Shown here: positions 62,974-64,000 of the stretch, in pieces
Numbering within the stretch: the first letter of the stretch is position 1
Layout: each line of letters starts with the position of its first letter
DNA from: an uncultured Chloroflexia bacterium
Lineage (GTDB): Bacteria; Chloroflexota; Limnocylindria; Limnocylindrales; CSP1-4
Direction: 5' to 3'
Assembly (NCBI GenBank): GCA_963768655.1
Contig: CAVYIM010000003.1
Location: forward strand, 832,001 to 896,000
Length of the DNA: 64,000 nucleotides
Made by a program: the position numbers and the translations under genes
Notes under the pieces: generated by a model
What the model was told of the DNA's origin: nothing
Database searches by the model: none
Seen by the model: the letters and a program-made list of their open reading frames with translations, nothing else

Positions 62974-63615
62974 GTGGATCCGCTCGCAGTCGTATTCGGG
63001 CTGTTCGGCGCGGCCCTGGGAGTCGTCGCAGACCGCGTCTCCGCCCGCTGGCCCGCTCACGAGGACGGTTCGGTCCGGCGCGTGGACTGGCGGACTCCGG
63101 TCGTGGCTATCTTCGGGGCCGTGGCGCTGGCCGCGGTCCCGATCCGTTTCGGCGACGCGGCGGAGCGGGCTCTCTTCGGGGCAGTATTCGCGGCGCTGGT
63201 GTTGCTCATGGCCACGGATCTCGATCAGCGGCTCCTGCCCGATGTGATAACGCTGCCGCTCTTCGTCGTCGGCGCCGCGGCGCTCGTCTGGGGCGGCGAC
63301 ACGCTGGTCAATCGCCAGCCGGCATGGCTGGCCATCGCCGTCGCCATCGGCCTCCCGCTGGCGCTATACGTGGCCTCGCTTCCGTTTGGAGAGGGAGCCT
63401 TCGGCGGTGGCGACGTCAAGTTCCTGGCGGGCATCGGCCTGTTGACGGGAGGCCTACGGCTCGTCCTGGCGGTATTCGTCGGAGCGCTGTTGAGCGGCGT
63501 CGTGATCCTGGCCCTGGTGGCCGCGAGACGGATCACGTTGAAGAGCTACATCCCCTTCGGGCCGTTCCTGATCATCGGTGCGGTCTGGGCGGCACTGCTC
63601 CCAGCCGCGTCCTGA
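62974..63615 (+). CDS. Prepilin peptidase (A24 family)
   Basis: TDLDQRLLPD, FGGGDVKF, IPFGPFL; lacks the N-terminal CxxC methylase domain. Confidence 0.9.
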   Translation: MDPLAVVFGLFGAALGVVADRVSARWPAHEDGSVRRVDWRTPVVAIFGAVALAAVPIRFGDAAERALFGAVFAALVLLMATDLDQRLLPDVITLPLFVVGAAALVWGGDTLVNRQPAWLAIAVAIGLPLALYVASLPFGEGAFGGGDVKFLAGIGLLTGGLRLVLAVFVGALLSGVVILALVAARRITLKSYIPFGPFLIIGAVWAALLPAAS

Positions 63616-63691
63616 GCGCGATCCCCCGGGCTCGTTCGCCCCACAGATCCGTTCGGCCGACCGGCCCCGGTCGCTTGTCGGCTCCGTCCGG

Positions 63692-64000
63692 CTAGATGCC
63701 CTCAGCCGTCTGTCGCGTATTGCAGTTGGGGCAGTAGTAGGCGGGCGGGTTAGATCCATCCTGCTCGAACCCGAGCAGGTCCGTGATCAGCTCGCGCGTT
63801 TCGTCTGGAAGGGTCCGCGTCGACGGGTAGCCGCACTCGCACCAGGCCAGCTGCTGGTTGTTCGAGGGCTCGAACTGGTGCTCCTCGGCCAGGAAGGACG
63901 CCAGCGTGGCGCGCTTCTCCTCGTCGGTCCCCTCTCCGTCCATGACGCCGAGGGCGTGCTGGACCAGATCGAGGCGGGCGAAGGGAGAGGTTCGCTCTTC
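63692..64000 (-). CDS. Hypothetical protein with Cys motifs (5' truncated by window edge)
   Basis: Frame open to the window end; WCECGYP and YYCPNCN. Confidence 0.6.
   Translation of the reverse strand, partial: EERTSPFARLDLVQHALGVMDGEGTDEEKRATLASFLAEEHQFEPSNNQQLAWCECGYPSTRTLPDETRELITDLLGFEQDGSNPPAYYCPNCNTRQTAEGI

Overview
This is a high-GC bacterial chromosomal window. The gene style suggests Chloroflexota, possibly Limnocylindria (inference only): Pro/Thr-rich lipoproteins, serpins, an F420-type LLM oxidoreductase and many leaderless genes. Most of it is ordinary accessory metabolism and regulation: ArsR/SRPBCC, TetR/MFS, MarR/ABC, c-di-GMP EAL/PilZ/GGDEF-EAL proteins, msrB, an Eis-like acetyltransferase, a DEAD-box helicase and cold-shock protein, two serpins, pepA and a prepilin peptidase. 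It also carries a class II ribonucleotide reductase (nrdJ) interrupted by a 434-aa homing-endonuclease intein and preceded by tandem NrdR boxes. The region from about 38.2 to 47.7 kb is a mobile/defence-like patch. It holds an AbrB + RelE-like toxin-antitoxin pair, a complete IS630, an MNT-HEPN pair, a 556-bp non-autonomous inverted-repeat cassette carrying one orphan gene, and a K+ channel. It ends in a more AT-rich, tightly coupled three-gene operon: DGQHR-domain protein -> HEPN-like protein -> Dam-family adenine methyltransferase. That operon is the best candidate for an undescribed anti-phage system. At least nine single-base indels break otherwise intact genes and are probably long-read assembly errors. 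No rRNA, tRNA or CRISPR array was recognised. All calls are by motif recognition; no searches were run.
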